In this document: positions 8,993 to 19,371 of the stretch, one piece after another
How the letters are laid out: each line of letters starts with the position of its first letter
Position numbering within the stretch: position 1 is the first letter of the stretch
Assembly: GCA_016286055.1 (NCBI GenBank)
Contig: JAEERW010000002.1
Coordinates: 328,458 to 392,457 of the forward strand
DNA: 64,000 nt
Direction of reading: 5' to 3'
From: Bacteroidales bacterium
Lineage (GTDB): Bacteria > Bacteroidota > Bacteroidia > Bacteroidales > UBA3824
Notes under the pieces: generated by a model
The model's database searches: none
Seen by the model: the letters and a program-made list of their open reading frames with translations, nothing else
What the model was told of the DNA's origin: nothing
Position numbers and translations under genes: made by a program

Positions 8993-11900
8993 ATGAAAGA
9001 TTTAAAGAAAGTGCTCCTATTAGGTTCGGGAGCGTTGAAAATCGGACAGGCCGGCGAATTTGACTACTCCGGCAGCCAGGCTCTTAAAGCTATGCGCGAA
9101 GAGGGTATCTCTACCGTGCTGATTAACCCAAACATTGCCACCATTCAAACCACCGACGGTATTGCCGACAAGGTGTATTTCTTGCCCATCACTCCGTTTT
9201 TTGTAGAAGAAATCATCAAGAAGGAACACCCCGACGGCATTATGCTCGCTTTCGGTGGTCAAACCGCGCTCAACTGCGGCACACAGCTCTATCTTTCGGG
9301 CGTATTAGAAAAATATAACGTAAAGGTGCTCGGCACATCGGTAGACGCCATTATGATTACCGAAGACCGCGAACTTTTTGTAAAGAAACTCAACGAGATA
9401 GAGGCTAAAACCCCCGTTTCGCAGGCTGTGGAAAATATGGACGATGCACTCGCAGTTGCCCGCCGCATAGGTTTCCCGATTATGGTTCGTTCGGCATACG
9501 CTTTGGGCGGATTGGGTTCGGGTATCTGTCCCGACGAAAAATCGTTTAAAGAGTTGTGCGAAAGTGCGTTGGCTTATTCTAAGCAGATTCTTGTTGAGGA
9601 ATCGCTCAAAGGCTGGAAAGAGATTGAGTTTGAGGTTATCCGCGACAAAAACGACCACTGCTTCACCGTTGTTCCTATGGAAAACGTTGACCCGCTTGGC
9701 ATTCACACCGGCGAAAGTATTGTGGTTGCGCCCATTATCTCGCTCACCCAAGAGCAGATTGCAATGCTGCAAGAAATCTCTATCAAGGTTGTCCGCCATA
9801 TCGGCATCGTAGGCGAATGTAATATTCAGTTTGCTTTCAACGCCGTTACCAACGACTACCGCATTATCGAAATCAATGCCCGCCTCAGCCGTAGTTCTGC
9901 TTTGGCTTCTAAGGCTTCGGGTTATCCGTTGGCTTTTGTGGCTGCGAAACTCGCCCTCGGCTACTCTCTCGACCAAATTGGCGAAATGGGCACTCCAAAC
10001 TCGGCTTACGTTGCCCCGTCGGTTGACTATATGATTGTGAAGATTCCTCGCTGGGATTTGAGCAAGTTTGTTGGCGTTGACCGTCACATTGGCTCGTCGA
10101 TGAAGTCGGTAGGCGAAATTATGAGTATCGGTAAATCGTTTGAGGAGATTATGCAGAAGGGTCTCCGTATGATTGGACAAGGTATGCACGGTTTTGTTGG
10201 CAACAACGACCTTGAATTTCCCGACCTCGACGACGAACTCGCCAACCCCACCGATATGCGTATCTTTGCCATCGCCAAGGCTTTGGAAAAGGGTTACACC
10301 GTAGAGCGTATCGTTGACCTCACCAAAATCGACAAATGGTTTATCGAACACCTTAAAAATATTGTTGACTACGAAAAAGTTCTCTCGCAATTCAAAACCA
10401 TCGAGGACATTACTCCTGAGGTGATGAAAGAGGCTAAGCGTATGGGATTCTCCGATTTTCAAATTGCACGTTTTGTTGAAAATCCGAGCGGGAATATGGA
10501 GAAAGAGCAGTTGCGTGTTCGCGCTCTCCGCAAACAGCAGGGCATCACTCCTATCGTACGCCGTATCAACACCGTGGCTTCGGAACATCCCGAACTCACC
10601 AACTACCTCTATATGACCTACGGTGCCGACAAGCACTCAATCAGCTACGACTACCGCAAGGACAAAAACATTGTGGTGCTCGGCTCTGGCGCATACCGTA
10701 TCGGTTCGTCGGTTGAGTTTGACTGGTGCTCTGTAAACGCTACTCAGACAGCACGCAAATTGGGTTACAAGTCGATAATGATCAACTACAACCCCGAAAC
10801 TGTCAGCACCGACTACGATATGTGCGACCGCCTCTACTTCGACGAACTTTCGTTTGAACGCGTGCTTGACGTTCTCGACCTCGAAGACCCCAAAGGCGTG
10901 ATAGTTTCTACCGGCGGACAGATTCCAAACAACTTGGCTATGAAACTTTATCGTCAGGATGTTCCTGTGCTTGGTACATCGCCAGTATCAATCGACCGTG
11001 CCGAAAACCGCCGCAAATTCTCGGCTATGCTCGACCAACTTGGCATCGATCAACCCCGTTGGGAAGCCCTTACAAGTTACGACGAAATCGACAAGTTTAT
11101 CGACGAGGTTGGTTTCCCGGTTTTGATTCGTCCTTCTTACGTGCTTTCAGGCGCAGCAATGAACGTTTGCTACACCAAAGAGCAGATGCACGAATTTCTC
11201 GGACTTGCCGCCAAGGTTTCAAAAGAATATCCCGTTGTGGTTTCGCAGTTTATGCAAAATACCAAGGAGATAGAGTTCGACGCTGTTGCCAAAAACGGTG
11301 AAATTATAGAATACGCTATATCAGAGCACGTTGAGTTTGCAGGAGTTCACTCGGGCGACGCTACATTGGTATTCCCCGCTCAAAACATCTACCTTGCCAC
11401 CGCCCGCGCTATCAAGCAGATAAGCAAGAAGATAGCCAAAGAACTCAATATCAGCGGACCTTTCAACATTCAATACCTTGCTAAACAAAACAATGTAAAG
11501 GTTATAGAATGTAACCTCCGTGCATCGCGCAGTTTCCCGTTCGTTTCCAAGGTTTTGGGACGCAACTTTATCGAAACAGCCACCAAGATAATGCTCGACG
11601 AACCTGTTGAAAAACTTGATTCGTCTACCTACGATGTTGACCACGTGGGCGTTAAGGCTTCGCAGTTCTCGTTTGCCCGCTTGCACAAGGCCGACCCAGT
11701 GTTGGGTGTGGATATGTCGTCGACCGGCGAAGTTGGCTGTCTTGGCAACGATTTCAACGAGGCTCTTATGAATGCTCTCCTTTCGGTTGGATTCAAAGTT
11801 CCCGAAAAAGGCGTGCTCGTATCTTCGGGCGATGCTAAGGGCAAAGTTGACCTTCTTGAACCCTGCAAAATGCTGCAAGACAAGGGCGTGAAGATTTTTG

Positions 11901-12214
11901 CTACCGCAGGCACAAGCAAATTCCTCGCCGAAAACGGTATCAAATCTGAAACTCTCTGCTGGCCCGACGAACAAGGCGGAGAAAATATTATGCAGGCAAT
12001 TGCCGACCACAAAATCGACTTGGTTATCAACATCCCCAAAAACCAAACCAAGCGCGAACTTACCAACGGCTACAAAATTCGCCGCGCCGCCATCGACCAC
12101 AACATTCCGTTGATGACCAACGCACGTCTTGCCAAAGCATTTATCAGCGCATTCTGCCAAAAGGATATCAACGATTTGGCTATCAAATCTTGGCAGGAGT
12201 ATATGGGAAGATAA
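8993..12214 (+). CDS. carB: Carbamoyl-phosphate synthase large subunit
   Basis: 1073 aa with a duplicated ATP-grasp architecture. The N-terminus KKVLLLGSGALKIGQAGEFDYSGSQALKA and the second-half repeat IVVLGSGAYRIGSSVEFDWCSV are present, with an MGS-like C-terminal domain. Confidence 0.97.
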   Translation: MKDLKKVLLLGSGALKIGQAGEFDYSGSQALKAMREEGISTVLINPNIATIQTTDGIADKVYFLPITPFFVEEIIKKEHPDGIMLAFGGQTALNCGTQLYLSGVLEKYNVKVLGTSVDAIMITEDRELFVKKLNEIEAKTPVSQAVENMDDALAVARRIGFPIMVRSAYALGGLGSGICPDEKSFKELCESALAYSKQILVEESLKGWKEIEFEVIRDKNDHCFTVVPMENVDPLGIHTGESIVVAPIISLTQEQIAMLQEISIKVVRHIGIVGECNIQFAFNAVTNDYRIIEINARLSRSSALASKASGYPLAFVAAKLALGYSLDQIGEMGTPNSAYVAPSVDYMIVKIPRWDLSKFVGVDRHIGSSMKSVGEIMSIGKSFEEIMQKGLRMIGQGMHGFVGNNDLEFPDLDDELANPTDMRIFAIAKALEKGYTVERIVDLTKIDKWFIEHLKNIVDYEKVLSQFKTIEDITPEVMKEAKRMGFSDFQIARFVENPSGNMEKEQLRVRALRKQQGITPIVRRINTVASEHPELTNYLYMTYGADKHSISYDYRKDKNIVVLGSGAYRIGSSVEFDWCSVNATQTARKLGYKSIMINYNPETVSTDYDMCDRLYFDELSFERVLDVLDLEDPKGVIVSTGGQIPNNLAMKLYRQDVPVLGTSPVSIDRAENRRKFSAMLDQLGIDQPRWEALTSYDEIDKFIDEVGFPVLIRPSYVLSGAAMNVCYTKEQMHEFLGLAAKVSKEYPVVVSQFMQNTKEIEFDAVAKNGEIIEYAISEHVEFAGVHSGDATLVFPAQNIYLATARAIKQISKKIAKELNISGPFNIQYLAKQNNVKVIECNLRASRSFPFVSKVLGRNFIETATKIMLDEPVEKLDSSTYDVDHVGVKASQFSFARLHKADPVLGVDMSSTGEVGCLGNDFNEALMNALLSVGFKVPEKGVLVSSGDAKGKVDLLEPCKMLQDKGVKIFATAGTSKFLAENGIKSETLCWPDEQGGENIMQAIADHKIDLVINIPKNQTKRELTNGYKIRRAAIDHNIPLMTNARLAKAFISAFCQKDINDLAIKSWQEYMGR

Positions 12215-12236
12215 TTTTTCCAAACAATAATTAAAA

Positions 12237-12267
12237 AGAGGCTTCTAAATGGGAGCCTCTTTTTTTA
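12237..12267 (+). terminator. Intrinsic terminator after carB
   Basis: agaggcttc-taaatg-ggagcctct forms a 9-bp stem with one G-U pair, followed by T7. Confidence 0.8.
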
Positions 12268-12274
12268 TTTTTTT

Positions 12275-12282
12275 TATATTTG
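12275..12282 (+). promoter_or_regulatory. -7 box TATATTTG upstream of comM/yifB
   Basis: Exact TAnnTTTG, 37 nt upstream of the ATG at 12319. Confidence 0.5.
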
Positions 12283-12318
12283 CGAAAAACATATTCATCA
12301 ATAAAACTTTAAAATAAG

Positions 12319-13860
12319 ATGCTTGTTAAAACTTACGCAAGTGCGGTGCACGGCATCGATGCACTGACAGTAACTGTAGAAACTGATGCTTCTCCTGGAA
12401 TGGCATTTTTTATGGTGGGTTTGCCAGACAATGCAGTAAAGGAGAGTCAGCAGCGTATAGAATCTGCATTCAGATCAGTAGGTTGCCATATGCCAGGACG
12501 CAAAATTGTTATCAACATGGCACCCGCCGATGTTCGTAAAGAGGGTTCTGCATACGACCTTCCTATTGCAATTGGCATTCTCGCTGCTTCGGAGCAGATT
12601 AGTAGCGAAAAAGTAGGTGACTACATAATTCTTGGCGAACTCTCGCTCGATGGCAGCATAAAACCCATCAAAGGTGCTTTACCAATTGCTATTCAAGCTG
12701 TTAAAGAAAAATTCAAAGGAATTATACTTCCTGCTGAAAACGCACGAGAAGCAGCCGTTGTCAACGATCTTGAAGTTTACGGAGCACACAATCTCCAGGA
12801 AGTGGTTGATTTTTTCAACGGCGAAAACTCCATAGAGCCCACCTTCATCGACACGCGAAAGGAGTTTTTTGACAATTTTGACACTATCGACCTCGACTTT
12901 GCCGATGTCAAAGGTCAAACCAACGTAAAACGCGCCCTAGAAATAGCTGCCGCAGGAGGTCACAATGTGATTATGATAGGTCCTCCTGGCGCAGGAAAAA
13001 CAATGCTGGCAAAACGTATTCCCTCAATTTTGCCACCTTTTACACTTCGTGAATCTTTAGAAACCACTAAGATACATTCAGTTGCAGGCACATTGCCTTC
13101 TGGATCGGCACTTATGACAATACGTCCGTTCCGCAGTCCTCACCACACCATCAGCGATGTGGCACTTGTGGGCGGTGGTACATATCCGCAGCCGGGTGAA
13201 ATTTCATTAGCTCACAACGGCGTGCTCTTTTTAGACGAGCTGCCAGAGTTTAAACGTCAGGTGCTCGAAGTGCTTCGTCAGCCACTTGAAGACCGTGAAA
13301 TCACCATCTCGAGAGCCAAGTTTACAGTAAACTATCCAGCAGGATTTATGCTCGTTGCGTCTATGAATCCATGCCCCTGTGGATACTACAATCATCCCGA
13401 AAAAGAGTGTGTATGCTCGCCGTCGCAGGTGCAGAAATATCTCAACCGTATTTCAGGTCCGCTTTTAGACCGTATCGACATCCACGTAGAAGTAGTTCCT
13501 GTGCCGTTTCGCGAGTTGTCGGTGCAAGCTCCGTCAGAGTCGAGCGCAGCCATACGCCAGCGTGTGATTGCCGCCCGCGAAATTCAGCAGAAGCGTTTTG
13601 CCGACAGTCCGCTTATTCACTGCAACGCACAGATGACCTCGGCAAAAATACGCGCTCACTGCCAACTGAGCGAACAAAGCCTTGCATTGCTTAAAAACGT
13701 GATGGAAAAGCTCCAGCTTTCGGCTCGTGCCTACGACCGCATTTTAAAAGTGGCACGCACCATTGCCGACCTTTCTGGCGAAGAGGACATAACAAGCGCA
13801 CACATTGCCGAAGCTATAACATATCGCAGTCTCGACAGAGCAAACTGGGGATTGGGGTAA
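12319..13860 (+). CDS. comM: YifB/ComM family Mg-chelatase-like AAA+ ATPase
   Basis: 513 aa with a Lon-protease-like N-domain. It has Walker A ([13 protein letters not shown]), Walker B ([11 protein letters not shown]) and a C-terminal ChlI-like helical domain. Confidence 0.9.
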   Translation: MLVKTYASAVHGIDALTVTVETDASPGMAFFMVGLPDNAVKESQQRIESAFRSVGCHMPGRKIVINMAPADVRKEGSAYDLPIAIGILAASEQISSEKVGDYIILGELSLDGSIKPIKGALPIAIQAVKEKFKGIILPAENAREAAVVNDLEVYGAHNLQEVVDFFNGENSIEPTFIDTRKEFFDNFDTIDLDFADVKGQTNVKRALEIAAAGGHNVIMIGPPGAGKTMLAKRIPSILPPFTLRESLETTKIHSVAGTLPSGSALMTIRPFRSPHHTISDVALVGGGTYPQPGEISLAHNGVLFLDELPEFKRQVLEVLRQPLEDREITISRAKFTVNYPAGFMLVASMNPCPCGYYNHPEKECVCSPSQVQKYLNRISGPLLDRIDIHVEVVPVPFRELSVQAPSESSAAIRQRVIAAREIQQKRFADSPLIHCNAQMTSAKIRAHCQLSEQSLALLKNVMEKLQLSARAYDRILKVARTIADLSGEEDITSAHIAEAITYRSLDRANWGLG

Positions 13861-13889
13861 AGTTCAGGACACGAAAATAAGAGTTCTGA

Positions 13890-16703
13890 TTATTTTCTAT
13901 TCAGCACACACACCTTCTTATAAACGTTGGTTTTGCCATTTGGCGAAATGGTTTTTACGTATATAACATAAATACCTGATTTACAAAAATCTCCGCTGTC
14001 GGATTTACCATTCCACAAGAAACTTGCATAAGTACCGATATTGGTGCGAGTGGCCAAAGTACAGCGGTGAACACCGTTTGAATCATAGATTGACACATCG
14101 GCGGCGGTGTCGTCGTTTGATGATGATACCACTATCTCCACCTCATCGTTGTACCCATCGCCATCGGGAGTAAACAGCTCGTTTACAATGGTTACCGAGT
14201 TAGACAATGAGCTAGAAGGAGATGACTCTGTGTGTGAGTTTGGCAATCCAGGTGTAGCATAGTCGGCGGCAGATGTAGCAAATTTCCAAGCCGCTAGGTC
14301 GGTAGAGTTGCGATTAAAGCCCACACGCTCCAACGATACACCTTGCACATTGATTTCCAAAGTATTAGATTCTGTTTTGTCGTAAATCATAGAATCAAGA
14401 ACTGCACCGAAAGCATTGAGCAATACAATACTTCCCCTAGTGTTGTCAAATGCAGGGAGTTTAGAATGCTGAATCATCAATCCTCCACAGGTATAACGTT
14501 CTTGAATGCCGGCGGTATCGGGAGTAATAACTGCATACTGCTGTGGTTGAAGCAGATATTCGGTATTTACAATCGATTGTTTTCTCTCGCCTTTGTTGTC
14601 GTAGAATACTATGGAATATTGGTTTAGTGGAATGGGATATGGCGAATTGTTGTAAATTTCCAAAAAGCGTTTTTCACCCGAAAGAGGATGGAAAAGGACT
14701 TCGGTAATGAGAATGTCGAAACGTTCGGTGTTGTGATATACAAATGTGCTTGACACCGAGTCTAATGCATTGCCATAAATATCTTTAATGCGTACAGCCG
14801 AGGCGGTGAGCTTAGAGTCTTTAACAAAAGACTTTGCAAAACCCACAAAAACCTTTTCACCATCAACCTTTATAGTGGAGCATTCTGTATTCTCTACGAA
14901 GAAAACTGATGTGGAGGTTAGGCTCAAATCGTTGTTAAAAACAAAGCAAAGCTGGTAATTACTTGCCGCATAAACGTTTACCAATTTAAGACGGTAATAA
15001 CTGAAGGTGACTGATGTATCGGCAGAGAGGTTTCCTACGAAGTCGGCAATGGGAGAAATTTTTAATGTGTTTGTTCCCTCTTTGAGCTGATTAGCAAACT
15101 TAGCGGTAATGGAATTAAGATTGACGGTGCACTCTGTTGAAACTTTACCATTGAGCAACACCTTTGAGGCATCAACAATTATATTTTTGGAGAATACTAT
15201 TTTAATAGTGTTGTTGTCGATAACAGAAGTAGACAAGATGCATGGAGGTTTATTGTCGGGCACTGTTGCAAGAGTGCTGTTTACACGACCAGGAGTTCCG
15301 CCCGCAATATCGAGCGATGCCGTCCAGTTGCCCTCCACCATAAATAAATTTTTTGGGTCGATGCGTTCGAGCGAATATCCACCCTGAGATTTTATTTTGT
15401 CGTTATACAATTCGAGGGTATATGTAAGAGAGTCAACAATATTGCCAGCCTGATTAATTAGAGAGAGTTTTTTGTTTTTGGTGACGATTTTGGAGTCGTC
15501 GAATTTTTTCACAGTTTTGGCATAGGCATCGAGACTGTCGGAACGGCAAATAAGCATGTATTCTCCGGCGGTGAGTTGTATTTCGGGGAAAGCATACTGA
15601 TAGTCGCCAGCAAGGAAATAGCAGTTTTTTAAATTGAAATCATATTTTGTAGGATTAAAAATTTCAATGTATTTAACAGCTGGCAAATTGGCAGGCGAAG
15701 GAGAAACATCGCACATAATTTCGTTAATAACGATGTCGCCAAACAATGGCATATACAAAACTTCCTGATAATCTGCCATTTTAGTACCATCAACCTGTGT
15801 AATATTTTTAGCCGAGAGAGTAAGTTGGGTACTATTGAATGATTCAGCGGGGAAATACAGCACCACCCTATTGCCCAGAAAGCGTAGAGAATCGGGATTA
15901 ACGCTATTCAACGAATAATTAGCGGCATCAGAGGCTGATTCTTTGCTGATACGGCCATCCACATTTAGCGTAACCTCACCTTTGCCAGTAATACAAGCGC
16001 CAAACAATCGTGCGGAAATAGTGTTGCCGGTATATTCAAACGAAAACTCTTTTGGAAGAATATTGAATGCGAGATTTCCAGTAGCAGTGTGTTTGTATTC
16101 AATTGTAATATAATCAGCTACATACATCGTTGGCTCAGGCTCGGTATAAACCGATTCGCCATTGATAAACCATTCGCCTGCCGACGTTCTTTGCACTTCC
16201 AACTCTTTGATGTTCTTGGTATTGTCGAACATAATGTCGGTGGCGGCAAGAATGTCAAAATCTTTGCCCGAATATTTTAAAAGACAGAGTTGTGAATAAA
16301 TGCCAGTTTTAAGACCCGTGCCGATAGCAAAAGCGGAATAATCATCGCTGTCAGGTACGGAATCGTTGGCAAAGAGCATAATCTTAAAATTGTTAACCGA
16401 AGAATTTTTGGCGTTACAAACCACCGAAAAATTCCATTTGATCGTGCCGGTTTCGGGATATAAATTTGATATAGAATGATATATGCGGTCAGTGCCGTTC
16501 ACTCTAGAAGTGTCGCAAAAATATGTGGCGCTGCTTTCAGGAAAAGCATCAGACGAAACCTCTGCCCACAACCGATTTGAATCTGTCCAACCTGCGCCAG
16601 AATTGCTCCATTGCGCTATAAAGTCGGTAGATTGAGCAAAGACGGCAGAGGGCAAACCCAATGCCGTCGTTAAAAGCAATATTCTAATACAAAGTGACTT
16701 CAA
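13890..16703 (-). CDS. Large secreted lamin-tail-domain protein with a gliding/T9SS-type C-terminal sorting domain
   Basis: 937 aa with a signal peptide. Two LTD-like segments are present (INEIMCDVSP...KYIEIFNPT and ITEVLFHPLSGEKRFLEIYNNSP). The C-terminal FTPDGDGYNDEV...IYVIYV...CVLNRK resembles a type-B CTD. Confidence 0.6.
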   Translation of the reverse strand: MKSLCIRILLLTTALGLPSAVFAQSTDFIAQWSNSGAGWTDSNRLWAEVSSDAFPESSATYFCDTSRVNGTDRIYHSISNLYPETGTIKWNFSVVCNAKNSSVNNFKIMLFANDSVPDSDDYSAFAIGTGLKTGIYSQLCLLKYSGKDFDILAATDIMFDNTKNIKELEVQRTSAGEWFINGESVYTEPEPTMYVADYITIEYKHTATGNLAFNILPKEFSFEYTGNTISARLFGACITGKGEVTLNVDGRISKESASDAANYSLNSVNPDSLRFLGNRVVLYFPAESFNSTQLTLSAKNITQVDGTKMADYQEVLYMPLFGDIVINEIMCDVSPSPANLPAVKYIEIFNPTKYDFNLKNCYFLAGDYQYAFPEIQLTAGEYMLICRSDSLDAYAKTVKKFDDSKIVTKNKKLSLINQAGNIVDSLTYTLELYNDKIKSQGGYSLERIDPKNLFMVEGNWTASLDIAGGTPGRVNSTLATVPDNKPPCILSTSVIDNNTIKIVFSKNIIVDASKVLLNGKVSTECTVNLNSITAKFANQLKEGTNTLKISPIADFVGNLSADTSVTFSYYRLKLVNVYAASNYQLCFVFNNDLSLTSTSVFFVENTECSTIKVDGEKVFVGFAKSFVKDSKLTASAVRIKDIYGNALDSVSSTFVYHNTERFDILITEVLFHPLSGEKRFLEIYNNSPYPIPLNQYSIVFYDNKGERKQSIVNTEYLLQPQQYAVITPDTAGIQERYTCGGLMIQHSKLPAFDNTRGSIVLLNAFGAVLDSMIYDKTESNTLEINVQGVSLERVGFNRNSTDLAAWKFATSAADYATPGLPNSHTESSPSSSLSNSVTIVNELFTPDGDGYNDEVEIVVSSSNDDTAADVSIYDSNGVHRCTLATRTNIGTYASFLWNGKSDSGDFCKSGIYVIYVKTISPNGKTNVYKKVCVLNRK

Positions 16704-16705
16704 TA

Positions 16706-17239
16706 TTATTTGGCTTTCGGCTCGGTTTCAGAAGCCGTTGCTTTTTTCTTAGTGCGCTTACGGGTTTTCATACCATCGGCGTTTTCCTCGGCTTTTGGAG
16801 CATCGGCTTTGGCGGCTTCGTCGGCAGGAGCTTCGGTTGGCTGTTCTTCCTTGTCGTCTACCAAGCCTTTTGAGAGCAGGAGGTTGTACCAAGAATATGC
16901 GCGGCGCATATCAGAAACAAACACACGGTCGGTGTCGTAATTGGGCAGTGCTTTGGCAAATAGAGCTTTAACTTCCGCCTCAGAACCTTTTTTGGGTGCA
17001 AAAGGAGTAGGTTTGCCATCGAGCACTTTATAAAGACTGCGATATACGTCAGATAGCCTTGTGTCGCCGTCGGTTGTATATATTGAGATGTCTTCAAGTG
17101 CGCTAATTTTGGCGGTAGCAAATGCCAAACAGCGGGTGCCATCAGCAACAGATTCTACAATAATTCCTTTAACTGCTTGTGCCACGTGGCGGTAAAGCCC
17201 CGGAAATGTGGCGATTGTAAGTATACCTTTTAGATCCAT
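16706..17239 (-). CDS. DUF5606-like protein with a lysine-rich C-terminal tail
   Basis: 177 aa. The N-terminus MDLKGILTIATFPGLYRHV...IIVESV resembles the conserved Bacteroidota DUF5606 family. The tail is rich in K, A, E and P. It ends 2 nt upstream of the LTD gene start. Confidence 0.5.
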   Translation of the reverse strand: MDLKGILTIATFPGLYRHVAQAVKGIIVESVADGTRCLAFATAKISALEDISIYTTDGDTRLSDVYRSLYKVLDGKPTPFAPKKGSEAEVKALFAKALPNYDTDRVFVSDMRRAYSWYNLLLSKGLVDDKEEQPTEAPADEAAKADAPKAEENADGMKTRKRTKKKATASETEPKAK

Positions 17240-17279
17240 ATATTTAATTAATTTTCGATAATGGTATTATTTTGTGGTG

Positions 17280-17287
17280 CAAATTTA
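17280..17287 (-). promoter_or_regulatory. -7 box TAAATTTG for the DUF5606/LTD operon
   Basis: Exact TAnnTTTG on the minus strand, 41 nt upstream of the ATG at 17239. Confidence 0.5.
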
Positions 17288-17370
17288 GCACATTAGTTGG
17301 TTAAAAAAAAGATTTCGCCATAAAAAACCAATTTTTTACGTCAAAGTTTAAACTTTACGTTTTTTACAAC

Positions 17371-17378
17371 TATATTTG
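17371..17378 (+). promoter_or_regulatory. -7 box TATATTTG for ompH
   Basis: Exact TAnnTTTG, about 53 nt upstream of the ATG at 17431. Confidence 0.5.
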
Positions 17379-17430
17379 CCAAAAATTTAAAAATGTATTT
17401 TAACTACACAGTATTATTCTTTTGACAACA

Positions 17431-18051
17431 ATGAAACAAAAATTTTTAAACACAGCTAAAGCATTTGCATTGGCAATGGCTTGTTCCATGGTAATGAGCT
17501 GCGCCAACAACAACAACAACGCCAACCAAGACAACGCTCAGGCAAGCACAGTCCTCGAAATTGCTTACGTCAATATGGACAGCCTCGTAGACAATTACGA
17601 CATGTACAACGACCTCAGCAAGCAACTTATGGAAAAGCAGAACCAACTAGAACAGGAACTTCAAACCAAGCAGAAATCGCTCGAACGCAAGGCTATGGAT
17701 TTGGAAAACCAGTACAAGAAAAACCTCATCACCCCCACCCGCGCTCAGGAAGTTCAGCAGAACCTCCAGCTTGAACAGCAGAGAATGCTCCAGTGGCGCG
17801 ACGAAAAGATGATGGAGCTCAACGACGATCAGGCAAAAATCACACGTATGGTTTACGATAGCATCAAAGCTTGCGTTGACGATTACAACACACCTCAAAA
17901 ATACCGCTTTATATTAAGCAACTCTATGGGCGGTGTACTCCTCTACGGCGACAAGAGTGCCGACCTCACTCAAACCATCCTCACTTCGTTAAACAACCGT
18001 TACAATAAATCAGGAGAAATATCTTCTTTGGATTCTATTGCAACAAAGTAA
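17431..18051 (+). CDS. OmpH/Skp family periplasmic chaperone (lipoprotein-type signal)
   Basis: The ORF-track start at 17422 is a TTG; the first ATG is at 17431 (MKQKFLNTAKAFALAMACSMVMSC). A coiled-coil OmpH core is present (IAYVNMDSLV...QNQLEQELQTKQKSLERKAMDLENQY). Confidence 0.8.
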   Translation: MKQKFLNTAKAFALAMACSMVMSCANNNNNANQDNAQASTVLEIAYVNMDSLVDNYDMYNDLSKQLMEKQNQLEQELQTKQKSLERKAMDLENQYKKNLITPTRAQEVQQNLQLEQQRMLQWRDEKMMELNDDQAKITRMVYDSIKACVDDYNTPQKYRFILSNSMGGVLLYGDKSADLTQTILTSLNNRYNKSGEISSLDSIATK

Positions 18052-18080
18052 CTCGCAAACAACACTTTACACATCAATCA

Positions 18081-18110
18081 TAAAGGCGGGCGAATATAGT
18101 CCGCCTTTTT
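18081..18110 (+). terminator. Intrinsic terminator after ompH
   Basis: aaaggcgg-gcgaatatagt-ccgccttt followed by a T-run. Confidence 0.75.
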
Positions 18111-18128
18111 TCTTGGGATTATCAACAA

Positions 18129-19370
18129 ATGAAATGTTTCGACACATATTACAGCCGCTTTAATGTGGCGGAGCCATTTATTTCAGAACCGCCTAACAGA
18201 AATCTGCATACCATAGTGGTGATTCCGAGCTACAACGAACCTAACATTGTGCCGTCGTTGCGTTCGCTGCTAAACTGCTCCCCCACCATTTTCCCCGTTG
18301 AAATTATCGTTGTGGTCAACTCTCCTGAAAACGCCGCAAAAGATATAATTGACAAAAACCTCGAAACATTAGCGCAGATTAACGAGATGTCGCTTTCAAA
18401 CCAACGCAACGACATTAAAATATTTGCCATTCATTGTCCCAACCTACCCCGAAAACACGCTGGTGTGGGTTTTGCCCGCAAAATAGGAATGGACGAGGCC
18501 GTAAGGCGTTTCGACCAAATTGAGCGCGAAGAGGGCATTATTATCAACTTTGACGCCGACAGCACTTGCAACACCCAGTATTTAAGCGCTATAGAGGATT
18601 ATTTTATACAGAATCCCAAGATTGAGGCTGCGTCGATATATTTTGAACATCCTCTACACGGCGACGACTATCCCCCCGAAATTTACAGTGCCATTGCCAA
18701 ATACGAATTATATTTAAGATATTATGTTGCAGCACAGCGATATGCAGAATTCCCACATGCATTCCACACCATAGGCTCGGCGTTTGCTATCAAAGCCGAT
18801 GTGTATGCTGCCGAAGGCGGAATGAACCGACGCAAGGCTGGCGAAGATTTTTATTTTCTTCAAAAAATTATTCCGCGTGGCAGATACGGTGAAATTTTTT
18901 CTGCCCAAGTATACCCTTCGCCACGTGAAAGTATGCGCGTGCCGTTTGGCACAGGTGCATCCATTACTAAAATGTGTGCCACAAGCAACGAATACGTAGT
19001 GTACAATCCCGAAGCGTTTGACATTTTAAAACGTTTTTTTGCTACTGCCTACGTGCTACAAAACGGAGGCGAGCCCGACACCGACTACCGCTTAAAAGAT
19101 TTTTTATCCGCAAACGGCTTTTATCAAGAAATCGACGGAATGATAAGCAATAGTGCTTCGCAACGCACTTTTATTCAACGTTTTTTCACTTGGTTCGACG
19201 CTTTCAGGCTATTAAAATTTTTGAATTTTCTACACGAAAAATACATTAACAAAGTACCTGTGGAGCAGGCCGCAGCTTACATAGCCGCAAAAATGGGATT
19301 AACCAACATTACCAACAACACGGTAGAATTGCTACAATGGTACAGACAGAAAGAGAGGGGGATATTATAA
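18129..19370 (+). CDS. Family 2 glycosyltransferase
   Basis: 413 aa with a GT-A N-terminus (VVIPSYNEPNIVPSLRSLL, FDADS DxD-like motif, GEDFYFLQK). Confidence 0.7.
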   Translation: MKCFDTYYSRFNVAEPFISEPPNRNLHTIVVIPSYNEPNIVPSLRSLLNCSPTIFPVEIIVVVNSPENAAKDIIDKNLETLAQINEMSLSNQRNDIKIFAIHCPNLPRKHAGVGFARKIGMDEAVRRFDQIEREEGIIINFDADSTCNTQYLSAIEDYFIQNPKIEAASIYFEHPLHGDDYPPEIYSAIAKYELYLRYYVAAQRYAEFPHAFHTIGSAFAIKADVYAAEGGMNRRKAGEDFYFLQKIIPRGRYGEIFSAQVYPSPRESMRVPFGTGASITKMCATSNEYVVYNPEAFDILKRFFATAYVLQNGGEPDTDYRLKDFLSANGFYQEIDGMISNSASQRTFIQRFFTWFDAFRLLKFLNFLHEKYINKVPVEQAAAYIAAKMGLTNITNNTVELLQWYRQKERGIL

Positions 19371-19371
19371 A

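Noticed and set aside
9305-12223. Long minus-strand ORFs inside carB (9305..10636, 443 aa; 11321..12223, 300 aa; 11629..12066, 145 aa).
   Set aside because: They lie antisense to an unambiguous, full-length carB. Their products are low-complexity and rich in R, F, V and N, with no motifs. They are typical shadow ORFs caused by codon bias on the opposite strand.
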